NCBI RefSeq assembly: GCF_006345805.1
Contig: NC_043001.1
Location: 67,270,001 to 67,334,000 of the forward strand
Length of the DNA: 64,000 nt
Direction: 5' to 3'
Source of the DNA: Octopus sinensis
Lineage: Eukaryota
This document shows positions 35,233-49,400 of the stretch, one piece after another; position 1 is the first letter of the stretch; every line of letters begins with the position of its first letter. A program made the position numbers and the translations under genes. The notes under the pieces are model-generated. The model made no database searches and had not been told where the DNA came from. It worked only from the letters and a program-made list of their open reading frames with translations.

Positions 35233-35446
35233 CCCCTTTGCTGCCATATTTCTGTTGAAATAAATACACCACATTTGTTTCAATTAATTTTGAAAATAAT
35301 GAAGAATTTAGTGAAATATTACGATGAAGCTGGTATTTGGAATAAATTAGCATGAAATTTTAATGGAATATTCTTAGATCACTTTAAAATGGAAAGTTTG
35401 TGCTATAGAACCAGAAGCAGTTTCAGGCAGATTAATATTAAAAGAG
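35233..35446 (+). mobile_element. piggyBac-type MITE copy
   Basis: TTAA|CCCCTTT...AAAGAG|TTAA; body similar to 22356-22575. Confidence 0.7.
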
Positions 35447-35574
35447 TTAATAACGATATTTGATTAATATTGAATAACACAGAGATCTGAACAGTAGTGA
35501 ATAATGTTGAGATCTGAATACAACTGAATCCTTACTAAACTATAATACTGAAATCTCATTAATATTGGTTTCAA

Positions 35575-35779
35575 ATTTTGGCACACGGCCATCAGTTTCA
35601 AGGACGGGGTTAAGTTGATTACATCGATCTTAGTGCTCAACTGGTACTTATTTTATTGACCCCCAAAGGATGAAAGGCTAAGTCGATCTCCATGCAATTT
35701 GAACTCAGAACGTAAAGACGGACGAAACACCGCTATGCATTTTGTTCAGTGTGTTAACGATTCTGTCAGCTCGTCGCCT
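35575..35779 (-). mobile_element. SINE family D copy retaining CpGs
   Basis: Reverse match to the family core, with many CG dinucleotides. Confidence 0.85.
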
Positions 35780-35894
35780 TAGATCTGATTAATATCGAAT
35801 ATTATTGAACTTAAACAACTTGGAACAATATTTAATATAAAGTCCTGGTAATATTGTTTCTGAACAGTGCAAGCTAGTAATAATTTGTGTTTAA

Positions 35895-36010
35895 TGTTGT
35901 TGTTAAGCCCCAGGTCAGTTCTGGTCAAGTAGACTACAATCAAAGACGTTCTGTTTCCACTGTGGTTTTGTATACCAAGGACTAACTACACTGTCTACTG
36001 TGTCCTTTGT
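35895..36010 (+). repeat. interspersed repeat family E (unclassified; further copies near 36535, 38345, 38590, 40490, 41140, 42940, 49515, 51180, 61040, 63600, 63770)
   Basis: Recurrent motifs GCCCCAGGTCAG, GGACTACATTATC and GAGATTTGGCTGCTATTTCTAG. Confidence 0.65.
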
Positions 36011-39000
36011 TTTTTTTGTTTGTAGTTTTATTTCATGAACTGTCGAATGTATTTGCAGGTATTTCTAGCATGCAAAACGACGGCACAGAGGCACCGTAAT
36101 CCCTAATTGTGTATGCGTATGAGTGTGACTATACGTATGTGCTTATGTATGAATATACTTGTGTGCATAAGCATACATGTATCTTAGAGAGAGAGAGGAG
36201 AGAGAAAGAAAGGAGAGTGAGAAAGGAGAGAGAGAGAGATAGAGAGAATATGTAAGCGTGCATGTGCGCGTCTGCATTTGGTTGTTTCAATGTCCAAACC
36301 AACAGGAAAAATTACAACTGATACGTTTAGCTTTACTACTCACGCAAGTATAAGGAAAGAAACCATAATGGGGAAGAGTGGTGAAATGTAAAGAGGAAAG
36401 ATTAAGGAATGTCAGAGCGAATGAGAGAGGGAGAGGAGAAAAATGAGGAAACCAACGAGAGAGAGATCTAAGTGTAGAAAGGGAGAGACATGTACAGCAA
36501 CAATTGTTTCATGAAAAATAAAGGAGAATCTACGCTGAGCAAGTCTATATGATCAAAGGTACTCCAGCCGTGACGATCCTGTCAAATTCTCAAGCAGTGT
36601 AATCTACCAACAACTTAGTTTTGCTTATTATGTCTCCTGCCTTAGGGAAATTTGGCCACTGTTTCTGAGAGTTAGTCACCAGATAGATGTCTCAGAATGT
36701 TAGAGAGAATATTGGAGTTAAATGAAAAGGATGAAAGGAAGTGTGTAAGGAATATGTCGTTATTAGCCACAAGGACGATAGATGGAGACGTTAAACTTGC
36801 AAAAGTAGAGGAAAAGGATAAAGAGAAAAATGGAGAAAAGGATAGAAGCAGAATAAGAGAGACGGAAAGATACAAGCAAAGAGATAGTGAACGAAAGATA
36901 AAACAAGAATATATAATAGAAAGGAATGACGGAAGATAACAGGAAATAAAAAAATGATTAATTAGGAGGGGGTTAAGCTCTTAGGAAGTGAAAGAGAAGA
37001 ATGGTTAGGGAGGAATAACGGGGTAGAGAGTGTAGTTATTTAAGAAAGGATGACAGTAGGATTAGAGAAGAAAGAAGGGGTGTACTTAGAAAGAGACTAA
37101 ACGAGAAAGAGGGGTGGTTAGTGAAAGCGATATGAAAGTAAGAGAAAGAGTGGGAGAGAATGCAGTAATATAAGAGAGGGTAACAGAAGAACAAAAGAAA
37201 GAACAGAGGTGCAATTAGAAAGAGACTAAACAAGAAAGAGGAGTGGTGGCTAGTAAAAGAGATAGGAGAGAGAAAACAAAGTAGGCCGAGCTGAGGAGGA
37301 CAGTAAATACCCCCCGCTCCTCCGAGCTGAAACCCTAAAATCAATGGTTTGCGATGACTCACTTTGTATTGTTACCCAACATTGAAACTATTCAATTAGA
37401 TTTCTTTTCTTCCTATTTTTCTTCTAGGTTTTTGTAGTTTGTCTTTTATCTCCTTTTTTTTGTGCCTCAATTTATATTGTTCAGCTAAAGGATAAAAATT
37501 AATCGGCATTCATCAGAAATGTAAAGAAAAATACAATAAAATGAAACCTTGAATCAATGTAACCTTTTTTTGGATTTCATTATTAGCATTATTATTAGTA
37601 TCAGCAGGCGGCATGTCAACAAGGTGACATATGACAAAAGAGATAGAAGGGAATAGTTTTTCTTTAAAATAATGTTAAAAAAAACAAAAAAAAATTAAAC
37701 AAAAAGAGAAGTGAAGAAAAGAAGACTCCCTTAGGCATAACGAGGAAATTAAAAATGTTAGAGTGAAGTAGAGAAGTGCAGATGGTTGATTGTCAATGGA
37801 GATAGGAAAAAGAAAAAAAAAAAAAACCTGTCAACATTATAGTAAATATCAACAACGATGGTGATTATGGTAGAGGAGGAATTTGCTGGAGTAGCAACAA
37901 TAAATAACGATGCTCAACCAGCCAACATGATGTAAGGCAATGGAAATAACATTCAGTTAAAGGCTGAACTACTCCTGAAGGCTGTCGGGAAAAAAAAAAA
38001 TTATAATTCAAATTTGCAATCTTGTAGGAGACAAAAAAAAAAGAGCAGCACTCGTTAACAACGTTCACGGAAAAAGGGGAAATAATTTCAAGAAATTAAT
38101 AATTAATCTCTCAAATTTAATTTACATATCTAAGTCCAGTATGATCTTTGTCTGCAGGCGAGCAACTATACATGTGTTTCAGTGTACTGAACATCTGATC
38201 ATCGACAAAAATTTTTGCAGACAGAAGAACAATTGTAAATAATTCTGGGCTAGTATAATTCCACTAATTAAAAATATACTAAATAGAATAATTAATGAAA
38301 TAAATTTACTACTGGTAGCAACTAATCATGTATATATTTTGATGTTTGGTGCTAGGTCAGGCTTGATTCAGCAAACTCATCATCTGTCTAGCTTTTTATT
38401 CAGTTATAAAATAACCAGAACTACATTATCTAATGTGCCCATCCCCTTTAAAAAAGCAGGGAAATTTGGCTGCTATTTTTTAGAAGGCTCTGAAACCATG
38501 CATAATTATTTTTAATTAATTTTTTCATGCTCACTATAATAAACCTGTTAAAATTAATTTAATTATAAATACAGCTAAATGATGCTTAACCACAGGTTAG
38601 TCCTGCACCAGCAGACATATGATGTAAAACATTCCAGCCCTAATCATACTATTGTTTATTTTACAGACAGTATGTCAAAGTCTACATGACCCATTTTGTT
38701 TTTAATGTGGTAAAATGTAGTTTCAGGGAGATTTGACTGCAGTTTCTAACAGGCTGAGTGTTAACCTAAATGTATGTCTATGATGTCATTGTGTGACAAA
38801 ATAACCATTGCCTAAACTAAAGTAGCTTTAAAGAGATAAAAAAAAAGATCAATCTGTTTTGACTGAGACTTGAATAAAACCTTTAGGCTACTCTTAAAGT
38901 CCCAGACAGCACAAATTTTTAAATAAAATTGACCTTTAATACTGATTCTCCCCCATCAGCAAATGTTCTATTACTTTTTTTAAACCTGCTCTAAAATAAT

Positions 39001-40630
39001 TACCTTCATTGACCATTTAAAAGATAAATCCTTGGCTTCTGAATAATTTAGTAATCTATCTCAGTAACATCTGCAATCCCAACTGAGTTGAGACATATCA
39101 TGCTTCAGGGTTAATGAAACAGGCTATAACATAAAGTAAGGGATACCTTTTGTCAATAAAAATACAATTTCAGTCTCAGAAAAAGATATACTCAATGAGA
39201 CATTTTAAATTACTCAAAAGTGTTATGACATATTGATTAATTAATTAACAAAATATTCTGTGGCTGTGTGCAGTGAGACACTAACTAGCAACCCAAGTGT
39301 TAATGGTTCTGTTATCTTATTGATCCACATATTTCAATCACTGAGCATCAAATGAATCAATAATTAGCTGAAGAAGCCTTCACATCAGTGAATCCCATTT
39401 TATTGTGAATTGCGGTGTAATAATTCAGAAAGGGTTGGTAAACCAAAAAGAATTGTATTTTTTAAATAATTGATAAAATATAAAAATGTTCATGGATACA
39501 TGTTGTTATACAATGAGTCATAGGAGGCATACAGGCCACAACACAACATTTATTGTGCAGAAAAACTGGGGAGTATTCTTCCAAGAACAATATCAAATGT
39601 TATGTACACACCATTTTCGGAAAATTGTTTCAACTTAAACATTTTTTTAAAAAGAGTCACAGAGAAAATTAATTTATCAAAATTCAACGGTAAAAATATT
39701 GGAATCTTCTGCTCTATATGGTATCTCACTCACCCTGGTAGAATTAGAAGCCAAATTTCCTTCCATTCAAACCCAACCTACCCATCTTAAAAAGTAAAGG
39801 ATATTTTAGTTATAGTTATAATATGCCTGAAAATAATGTGAGTGGTCGTGGTTGGAATATCTTTTCTCATAATCCTGTAAGATCAGGGTTGACCTATGGT
39901 TAAATAACAACATCATTTAAAAGTGTGAAATTTCTGAACTGAAGCTTAAAGAACATTGTCAGTGCTGTGTGTTGTAAATATGGTGTGTCAGGACTTGTTG
40001 TTAGAAGGGAGGAGGGAGTAGGAAGAGGATTTGCCATGCTTCCCTGGTTCTGTGACATGTTTGCAATTGATGACAGACAGATTGAAGAATGTCTCCATAG
40101 CAGAGAATTATTTTGCAACAATTCCTCTCTTCTTAATCACAATAAAACAAGCAATATTCTCCTACCATTATAATGGTAGGATGAAACAGGATGAGTAATG
40201 TTTGTACCTACTGGGAATATCGAGAAAAAAATAAAATCAAGGCATTGGGAGCAGGAAATAGTTTTATAAAAGATTGTGTGAGATCCACATTCTATAGTTT
40301 AAATTCTGCTTTAAAAGTAAATTCTCCCTAGAGACTACAATAATGGTTTTGCCTCTCTGACACTACTTTTAGTTCAAGCATCAAAATTTAGGAACTATTT
40401 TATCACCTTTTAATGTACACAGAAGATTTGGTGCATGTTTATGACAACTGGGGGTAAACTATGTAATTAGTTTTAAGATTGTTTAGAAACTACAACCAAA
40501 TCTCCCTCAAATAACACCCCACTAATTTGAAAATAGGTGATGTCAGATAATGCAGCCCCAAAAGTGGGATGATCACAACTGAAATACAACTGGTCACAGG
40601 TCTGTCTGCACAATGAGGGTTGGCCTGGGG

Positions 40631-41132
40631 GCGAAATTTTTTTCCCCACAAGAGTTCCCAGTTATGAACTCATTTGCATACAGCCAATCAGAGCTCAATT
40701 CTTAAACTAACTTAGGTCACTTGGGTGAGGAATGACCACAGTTCTTTTCTCCTTTAAGAATGCTTGTTATTCTTGTATCAACCATAGCTGCCTCTGCGTA
40801 GTTATGTGTTGTTGTTTACTTTATAAAGCAGTAAGGAAAGAGGATTGCTAGCATATCACCCTCTACCCACATTTTTCCCAGCTACATCCTTACCATATAG
40901 AGCACTAACAAAATCCGATAATAGGTATAGATGCAAATCTATCTAATTACTTGTCTCCTCAAATCAGACATAACTTGGCAATCGGTCAACTTACAACACC
41001 ATTCTTTGTCATGAATTTACTTGGTAGAGTGTATTTGTTAACTTGACAACAAGGTCAAGGTAAGCTCTGATTGGCTGTATGCAAATGAGTTCATTACTGG
41101 GGTCCAGAACTCTCATGGGAAAAAAATTTTGC
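40631..41132. mobile_element. MITE with ~65 bp TIRs carrying octamer and CCAAT motifs, probable 9-bp TSD (Mutator-like)
   Basis: TIRs ~40631-40696 and ~41063-41132. Flanks GGCCTGGGG / AGCTTGGGG match at 7 of 9. Inserted in a family E copy. Confidence 0.75.
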
Positions 41133-41482
41133 AGCTTGGGGCTAAACCACAATAATAAGAGCAGTGAAGTCTCTATGTGGTCAACTAAGCTGCTAGAAAT
41201 AGCAACAAAGTCATCTTCAAATCACACCCTACAATCTTTGTAAAAAGAGTACTCTAGATCAGGAAGTCCTTAATATACACAATGTCTGAATAAAAAATGA
41301 AATGGTTATGGCTAGACTATCTTTGATTATGTGTTCAGTCAGAGTTGACTTGGGAATAAACAACTAGGAACATAACTAAGTTAATGACGGAGTCTTAATA
41401 AGGCAAAAACACATTTAATGATGTGTGTGAGTGCGTGTGTGTGTGTGTGTGTGTATATGCGCACACATGCATGTGTATATAT

Positions 41483-41945
41483 CATCATTTTAACATCCAC
41501 TTTTCCATACTTGAGGCAGATTCTCTAAGGCTGGCTGCCCTTCCTGTGGCCAACCCTCACCTGTTTCCAAGCAAGTTAATATTTCCCCATGACCAGACAT
41601 GTTCTCACAGAATATTGGAAATGAATGACATTGCACTAATTTACAACTATCACACATGCCAAGGCAAGGAAACACAAACACACACATCTATCTTTGGCTT
41701 CTTTCAGTCATTAGACTGCAGCTATTTTGGAGTGCCACCCTGGAGAATTTTTAGTCAAATGAATCAATCCCAATACTTATTTTTTCCTTTTTTACACTTA
41801 GTATGCTATTGATCTCTACCAAATCCATTCACAAGGCTTTGGTCAACCTGAGGCTGTAGTAGAAAACACTTGCCCAAGGTGCCACAATGGGACTGAACCC
41901 TGAGCCATGTGGTTGAGAAGCAAACTTCTTACCACACAGCCACGC
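41483..41945 (-). mobile_element. family C copy followed by SINE family B copy
   Basis: CATCATTTTAACATCCACTTTTCCAT, then the reverse SINE B tail and head. Confidence 0.7.
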
Positions 41946-43744
41946 TTGCGTCTGTGTGTGTGTATAGACAGACAAAGAGATAGATAGATAAACACACACA
42001 CACACACACATGATGGGGTTCTTGTTGCCTATCAAATCCACTCACTAGGCTTTTCATATGAAATGACCATAGCTAGAAGGTTGTTGATCAAAGATTTGAT
42101 TGACTAAGTCTAAGTGGGAGCTAAACAACAACATTTATGATGAGAGAATTAGGACCTCTGTCTAGATATCTATGACAGATTCAAATTATCTGTGATGGAT
42201 TTGAAAGAAAACTCTAACCATTTACATCTTTGCTAAATGAATATGTGGCTAGCATCCATTACAAAATCACAGTTATTCTAAAACAATAGGTACCTTATTT
42301 CATTGATTCTGTAAAAATGAACGGATAAGTTTGCAGGATTTGAACTTACAACATAACAAGCAGGAACAAATGCCACAAACCACTGTCATCTGACACCATC
42401 CACCATTTATCTCTGAAGATGAAATGCATAATCTGAACAATTGTAATCTTAAGATCCTATAATATTATTTTCAGATATTTAATTTCTCTACATTTTGCAA
42501 TCTCCCACATTTAAATCTTTCTTTTTTTTTTTGTTACCAATACTTGAAACTGTTTACTTTGATAGTAAATTTCTGCTGACTTAAGGTTAACAGAACATGG
42601 AAAAACTGCAGTAGCACTTAGAACTTTTGGTGGTATTTCCAAAGGTCACAACACAGGAATAAACATGGAATCGATGATTGGTGAAGAATAACTTAGTTTT
42701 ATAAGAATGAATGTATCTAAGAAATTGTTTAACACTGCACATGTGTGTGTGTGTATGCATGTGATTGTGTGTGTGCACATATGTCAGTATGTATGTGTAC
42801 ATATGTCAGAGTGTATGTGTACATATGTCAGGGTGTATGTGTGGTAGTGTGTAGTTGTATGTGAGCTTGGCCCTAGGCCACAAACCTGTGGAATATCAAA
42901 GTCATTCTGGCCATGACTATCATATTTTCATGCAGAACATATCCAGGACTATATCTAATGTATTTCTTCCTTTTTTTTTTCCTTTAAAGATAACAGGAAG
43001 ATTTGCTGCTGTTTCTAGCAGAATGAATAATCATAAAGAGGTTCCTTCACTGGCTGGCTTTCTTGAAGATTTATAATGAGGGATGAGAAGAAGGTGGTAG
43101 AATCCTCTTAATAAATACATTACTATTTTCAACAGGCTTTACTCCAAGAGAAATTCTAACTGTCTTTGCTGCCATCTTCCCAGTTTTTATAGTCCGTTTC
43201 TTAAAATATGATTCCACACAAGAAGTCTTGTGAAAATTTTGTTATAATGTAAGTTCTAGTGAACATTTGGAACAGAAGTGAATTTAAAACCGATTTCTCC
43301 ATTCAGGAATTTGATTAAGTTCAATAAATAACATTATGATAGAAGAATGGCCATTTAAGTAGGTAGAAGTCTCATTGTACAATGTTCTAAACACCAATGA
43401 AGCAAGGAGTTATCATTATCAATCTCCAGCAGACAATAAACCATTTCTTTGGAATCTAAATAGTTTGAAGTGGAAGGGAAATAAAAGGAAATTTTATCAG
43501 ATATCAGAATTATGAGAGAACATTCACATTGTCAATCTTTTATCTTCATTTATTTCATATGTAATTACCTGACGGTAAATATCAGAGACAAGTGGAAACT
43601 GTAGAGTATTGTTATACAGCAATTAATTCAGCTGGGTTGTTTGATGATTTGGTAAGCATTGCATACACACATCTGTGTGTGAGTGTGTGTGTGCATATAT
43701 ATATATATATACACACACACATATATATTATATATATATATATC

Positions 43745-44135
43745 TTTTATTTATTTCACTCATTTGACTGTGGCCATGCTGGAGCACCACTTTGAAGGGT
43801 TTTAGTCAAACAAATTGACACCAGGACTTTTTTTAAGCCTGGTACATATTCTATAGGTCACTTTTGCTGAACTGCTAAGTTATGGATATGGAAACACAGC
43901 AACACCAGTAGTCAAGCTGTGGTGGTGGTGGGAGAAACAGAGAGACAAAGAAATGCATACATAAATACATAATAACAATGGGCTTTTAGTTTTTGTCTAC
44001 CAAATCCACTCACAAAGCCTTGGTTGGCCCAAGGCTATAGTTGAAGACACTTATCCAAAGAACCATGCAGTGGGACTGAACCTGAAACCATGTGGTTGGA
44101 AAGCAAGCTTCTTACTACACAGCCATGCCTGCACC
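43745..44135 (-). mobile_element. SINE family B copy
   Basis: Full reverse match. Confidence 0.85.
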
Positions 44136-44168
44136 TATATCACAGTCATGCCTGTGCCTATATATCTA

Positions 44169-44199
<31 letters not shown>

Positions 44200-44739
44200 A
44201 TATATATATATATTATATATATATATATATATTTATATATATCATCATCATCATTTTAACATCTACTTTTCCATGCTTATATGATTCTGAGTTTCTTGGG
44301 GCAGGTTTTCTATAACTGGATACCCTTCTTGAAACCAACCTTTACCTGTTTCTAAATAAGACATTTACTCCAAGGCCACACATGTTCTCACAGAATATTG
44401 AAAATGAATGAAACTAGTTGTAAAATAGAAACACTGAGTATTATGTGAAGTCAAGACAAAGAGATACAAAAATATATACTCATACATAAATACACACACA
44501 CACAATGGGCTTTTTACCGACACCACTTGCATGACAAGGGACAATAATACACACACACACGACATAGGCAGTACTAAAAACTAAATGAAAATAATAAAAT
44601 AATTATGTTCTCTTAAAGGTTAACCCTGACACCTCATAACCACTATTTTAGCTCTTTCCAGCTCCACCCTAGTTACTCATACCTCTCTATTGTAGCACCA
44701 TTCAAATGAAGGGGAACTAAGTCTTGCAGGGGAACTAAG

Positions 44740-44920
44740 TCTGGTGCTGGTGCCATGAAAAAAAAGGCATTCAGAACACTCTGTAAGGTGTGTGACATTA
44801 AAAATAGTATCCAGCAGTCAAAACCATGCCTAAGAAGACATTGACAGTGTTAGGTCCTGTCAAATTGTCAAACCAATGTCAGCATAGAAGCCAGACATTA
44901 AAAGATAATGATCATGTTGA
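44740..44920 (+). mobile_element. family C retroposon copy
   Basis: Ends CCAATGTCAGCATAGAAGCCAGACATTAAAAGATAATGAT. Confidence 0.65.
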
Positions 44921-45007
44921 TAATATGTATACAAGCACAAACACAATGAATTAAGAGTAACTCCAGAGGGAATCAACTGGAAATATGATGTCTGTCTAAA
45001 CAGAAAC

Positions 45008-45063
<56 letters not shown>

Positions 45064-45400
45064 TATATATATGATAGAGTGGTGGAGAGACAGACAGACA
45101 GAGACACTGTTGACAAGTTATGTAACAAACCAATTTTGACATTTGCACTTATCTGTTGCATTGCTGCACTTATTGCAGTGCAGAGGATATTAGTTAAGTC
45201 ACTGAAATCTTGTGCAAGCTAGAGTTTGAAAACAAAATGTATTTTGAAATTACAAAAATGTAACTGGAAAGAGAGAGAGAGAGAGAGAGTGTGTATGTGT
45301 GTGTGCACAAGTGGTGTGCATATGATTGTGTATGTCTGCATACTTGCATGCTTGTGCAGGCCTATACATGTGCTGGTATGCTTGTACCTATGTGTGTATG

Positions 45401-45621
45401 TATTTGTATGTGTCTATGTGTACATGAGTATACATCTGTGCATGTGTGTGTTCTGGAATTACAAAACCATTGCTGTTGTCATGCTTGATGCTATGTCTTA
45501 TGCTTCATAAATTTTCCCCAATTTAAACTGCCACAAAGAAATAACCAAAATACCATTTTATATAGATTTATGTGTGTTTCTTCATTTTCTTCAAACTAGA
45601 AATGAAATTCTTTCTTCACAG

Positions 45622-45692
<71 letters not shown>

Positions 45693-46757
45693 ACAGCAAG
45701 TGAATAGTTTAATTATTTTTATAATTATATTTTATTTCTCTCTCTTTTAAGTGAAACTACGAAAGAAGTAAAACATTGAAAATAAAATGTAAATTTATTC
45801 TGTAACAGACAGAACAGAAAAAAAACAAACAAAAAAATTAATTTCATCTTTTTATATATTTTTGAGATATTTTCAAAAATGGATATTTATTTACCAATAC
45901 AATGTTTATTAAAAAGAACTTTTCTGTGAAATTTATAAAATGTTTATTGATTACAGTGTGTCAAATGGAAAATCGTGATTTGGGTTCAACTTTCAGTTTT
46001 AATATTGTATTGAAAGCTCTTTTTTATCTTTGGTGTTATCTCTAGTAATGGCATCACCTTTTAGAGAGAGAGAGAGTATATATCTGTGTGTGAATGATAG
46101 GATGTGTATATGCGTGTGTGTATGCATTGGCTGTGGTATAGAGAGCTACAGATTATAGGATACTCCAATGGGTGTTCTGTTGCCTCACCTGTCATTGGAG
46201 CCCCACTATAGGACAGGGACTGGGGTTCTACTATAGCCATGGGCTGACCAAAGTTTTAGGAGTGAATTTGATAGGCAGAGACTAAAAAAGAACTCTACTA
46301 GGTAGATAAATAGATGGATGATGGCTAGGTAAGTTGGTAGGTAGGCAGGCTGATAGGTGTGTGTGTGTGTGTGTATGTGTCCACACACACACACACACAC
46401 ACATACATACAATATACATACTTACATATGCAGGTATGTATACATGTGTGTGTGTGTGTGTGGACAGACACATACATAAAATATACATATGTATGCAGGA
46501 TGTGTACATGTGTGTGTCTGTGCACATACACACACATATTTGTATGTGTCTATGTGTACATGAGTATACATCTGTGCATGTGTGTGTTCTGGAATTACAA
46601 AACCATTGCTGTTGTCATGCTTGATGCTATGTCTTATGCTTCATAAATTTTCCCCAATTTAAACTGCCACAAAGAAATAACCAAAATACCATTTTATATA
46701 GATTTATGTGTGTTTCTTCATTTTCTTCAAACTAGAAATGAAATTCTTTCTTCACAG

Positions 46758-46807
<50 letters not shown>

Positions 46808-46860
46808 ACAGCAAGTGAATAGTTTAATTATTTTTATAATTATATTTTATTTCTCTCTCT
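45401..46860 (+). repeat. near-identical direct duplication (45401-45745 and 46537-46860)
   Basis: Identical by eye except for the length of the internal (TA)n. Confidence 0.9.
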
Positions 46861-46868
46861 GTGCACAT

Positions 46869-46913
<45 letters not shown>

Positions 46914-47449
46914 ATACATACCTATGTATCCAGATATGTGTACACGTGTGTGTGTGTTTTTCTCTCTGTCTTGAAGCTATACACATGTTGTAAACAAAAC
47001 ATCACCATCATATAGGACATGCTGTTTACTTGCAATCTATCCAGATTAGGGTAAATATTACTTTGATTGGAAACTGGTGAAAGTTGACAGGAAGAGCATA
47101 GAAAATATGTATCTATGAATCCCATCTGACCAATGTAAGTGTGGAAATTGGACATTAAAATGATAATATGAATTTATAGCTCATTGTATGTCAATATAGG
47201 CTAGCAATTGATTAAATCAAAAACTCCAATACTTGACTGGAATTATTTTTGATGATCCCAAAAGGATGAAAAGCATAGTTAAGTTCAGTGGAATTTGAAT
47301 TCAGAATATGAAGAGAAGGAAGAAGAAAGATAAAAACAGGCATTTTGCATTACACCCTCGCAATTCTGTCAACCCCTGACCCCCTACTTTGGTATTCAGA
47401 GCTATGGAAGACAATCTACACTGAATTCTTTTATTACCTAATTCCTATC

Positions 47450-47860
47450 AAAATACATGGATTTGGTTTCAATTAATATTTGAAAATGAAGAATTTAGGA
47501 AAATACCGTCAGCTGATGTTTGGAACTTGGATTAACATAATTTGATAAAAGTTTTTAATTCAGATCATTTTAAACACGAAATTTATAATCATAGGACTAT
47601 GGCAGTCTCATGTAGGTTTGTATCAAAAAAAGGTCAAATCATTTTGTTACCATATTTCTGTTGAAATAAGCTGCTTTTATTTCAATAATTTTAAAAATAA
47701 CAAAACATTTAGTTAAATAACTGTCATTTATTAAGTTGGTGCTTAGAACATAAATTAACATGAAATTTTGATGAAAGATTTTAATTAATATCACTTTAAA
47801 CATAAAGTTTGTATCACAGAACCAAAGGCAGCCACATGCAGGTTGGAATCAGAAGGGTTA
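47450..47860 (+). mobile_element. two adjacent diverged piggyBac-type MITE copies
   Basis: Body similar to 35233-35446; ends GAAGGGTTAA. Confidence 0.55.
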
Positions 47861-49021
47861 AAGTATAGAAAGAAGGAAAAAAAATTGTTTAATAATCACA
47901 AATTAATTAAACCAAAAATTTCTCTCAAGCAGCATAAAATTAACACTATGCATTTGGTAGTATAGAATTTAAGGTCTAATTAATAATCGTTGATTTAATT
48001 AGGAAAAGACAATAATTAAATAATGAGAATTAGACTTTAAAATAAGTACTAGGGCTTAGCAGAAGTAATTAGGGAAAGCGAACAAAATAATTTAATTTTG
48101 CAACATTCAGAGATGCAGGCATGGCTATGCAGTTAAGAATGTCACTTTGAATCTGCATAGTTTTAGGTTCAATCTCACTGCATTGAACTCAAGGTGATTT
48201 ATGCCTTGTGTATGTGTGTGTCTTCAGCAAATCTCACTTGTCAACCAGTGTTGATTTCTTTGTGTTTCCATAACTTAGTGGTCTGGCAAAAAGAGACCTA
48301 TAGACTAAGTACTTACTAAAACTGGGGTTATTTTCATCATTTAAACCAGTGGTTCTCAACAGGGGTTCATATGACCTCTTGGGGTACATATAAGATTTTT
48401 GGGGGTTGATACAAGCAAAATAGCAAATTGGGGAGAGACAGATAGACTTCAGGTATTGAGAGTATGGCACAGTATTCATATTATGGGTAAATAAGAGAAA
48501 CAATGTTTACCAAAACTAATTTAAATAGAATTTTCATGACAGGTTTATGTGTGTAGGCCTGATGATTGTTCTGGGTATCTATTCCAGCTTTACACACTTG
48601 ACGCATTTATCTTTGGCCATCTTTTTCAATTCTATATTTCTATTATTTGTGGACAAGCTTTTAAAATCAAATATACAACATACCAACCTTGACATTTGAA
48701 AATATTTTTCACCTGCTCAAAATTGTTGAAGCATGGAATAAACTACCCATATCAGTTATTAGCTGTCAGGAGACTGTATCCTCCCAAAATTCCATGCTTC
48801 CTGGAATTCATCAGCACTACTCCTGAAGTGCTTATAAACCATTTCCTTTTTATGATTCACTTTTCATTTTTCTCTATTTTTATGTTTTATTCTGTGTACT
48901 GAAGATACTTATAACGTTCACTGCTATATTTATTTACTTGACTTATATATATTTACTTTCTGCCCCCTCTTTTTTTCAAACTTTTCTGATGAGTTGTAAC
49001 ACACCTGAGCCCTGTATAAGC

Positions 49022-49400
49022 TTGGCCCTGTGGTAAGAAGCTTGCTCCCCATCAACTTGGTTCCAACTTCAGTCCCACTGTATGGGCAAGTGTCTTTCTA
49101 TAGCTTCAGGCTGACCAAAGCCTTGCGGGTAGATTTGGTAGATAGAAACTGAAAAAACCCTATTGTATATGTGGGTGTGGGTGTCAGTGTTTGTCCCCCA
49201 CCACTGTTTGACATCCAATTGTTGTTGTGTTTATGTCCCCATAACTTGGCAGTTCAGCAAGGAGACTGATAGAATGAGTAACAGGTAAAAAGGAAAAGAA
49301 AAATATAAATACTGGGGTTGATCTATCTGACTAAAAATTCTTCAAAGCAGTGCTCCAGCATGGCCACAGTCTAATGACTTAAACAAGTAAAAGATAAAAG
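49022..49400 (+). mobile_element. SINE family B copy
   Basis: Full match, with tail GCATGGCCACAGTCTAATGACTTAAACAAGTAAAAGATAAAAG. Confidence 0.85.

Noticed and set aside
36300-37362. Purine-rich tract as another PLE 3' end
   Set aside because: The LILGFQLGG similarity to the EN terminus is too weak, and no ribozyme was found.
37858-37935. Short plus-strand ORF MVIMVEEEFAG with GTAAGG
   Set aside because: Closes by itself at TAA, poor donor context, no support.
39900-40173. Opposing 73-aa and 68-aa ORFs
   Set aside because: No motif or convincing splice boundaries.
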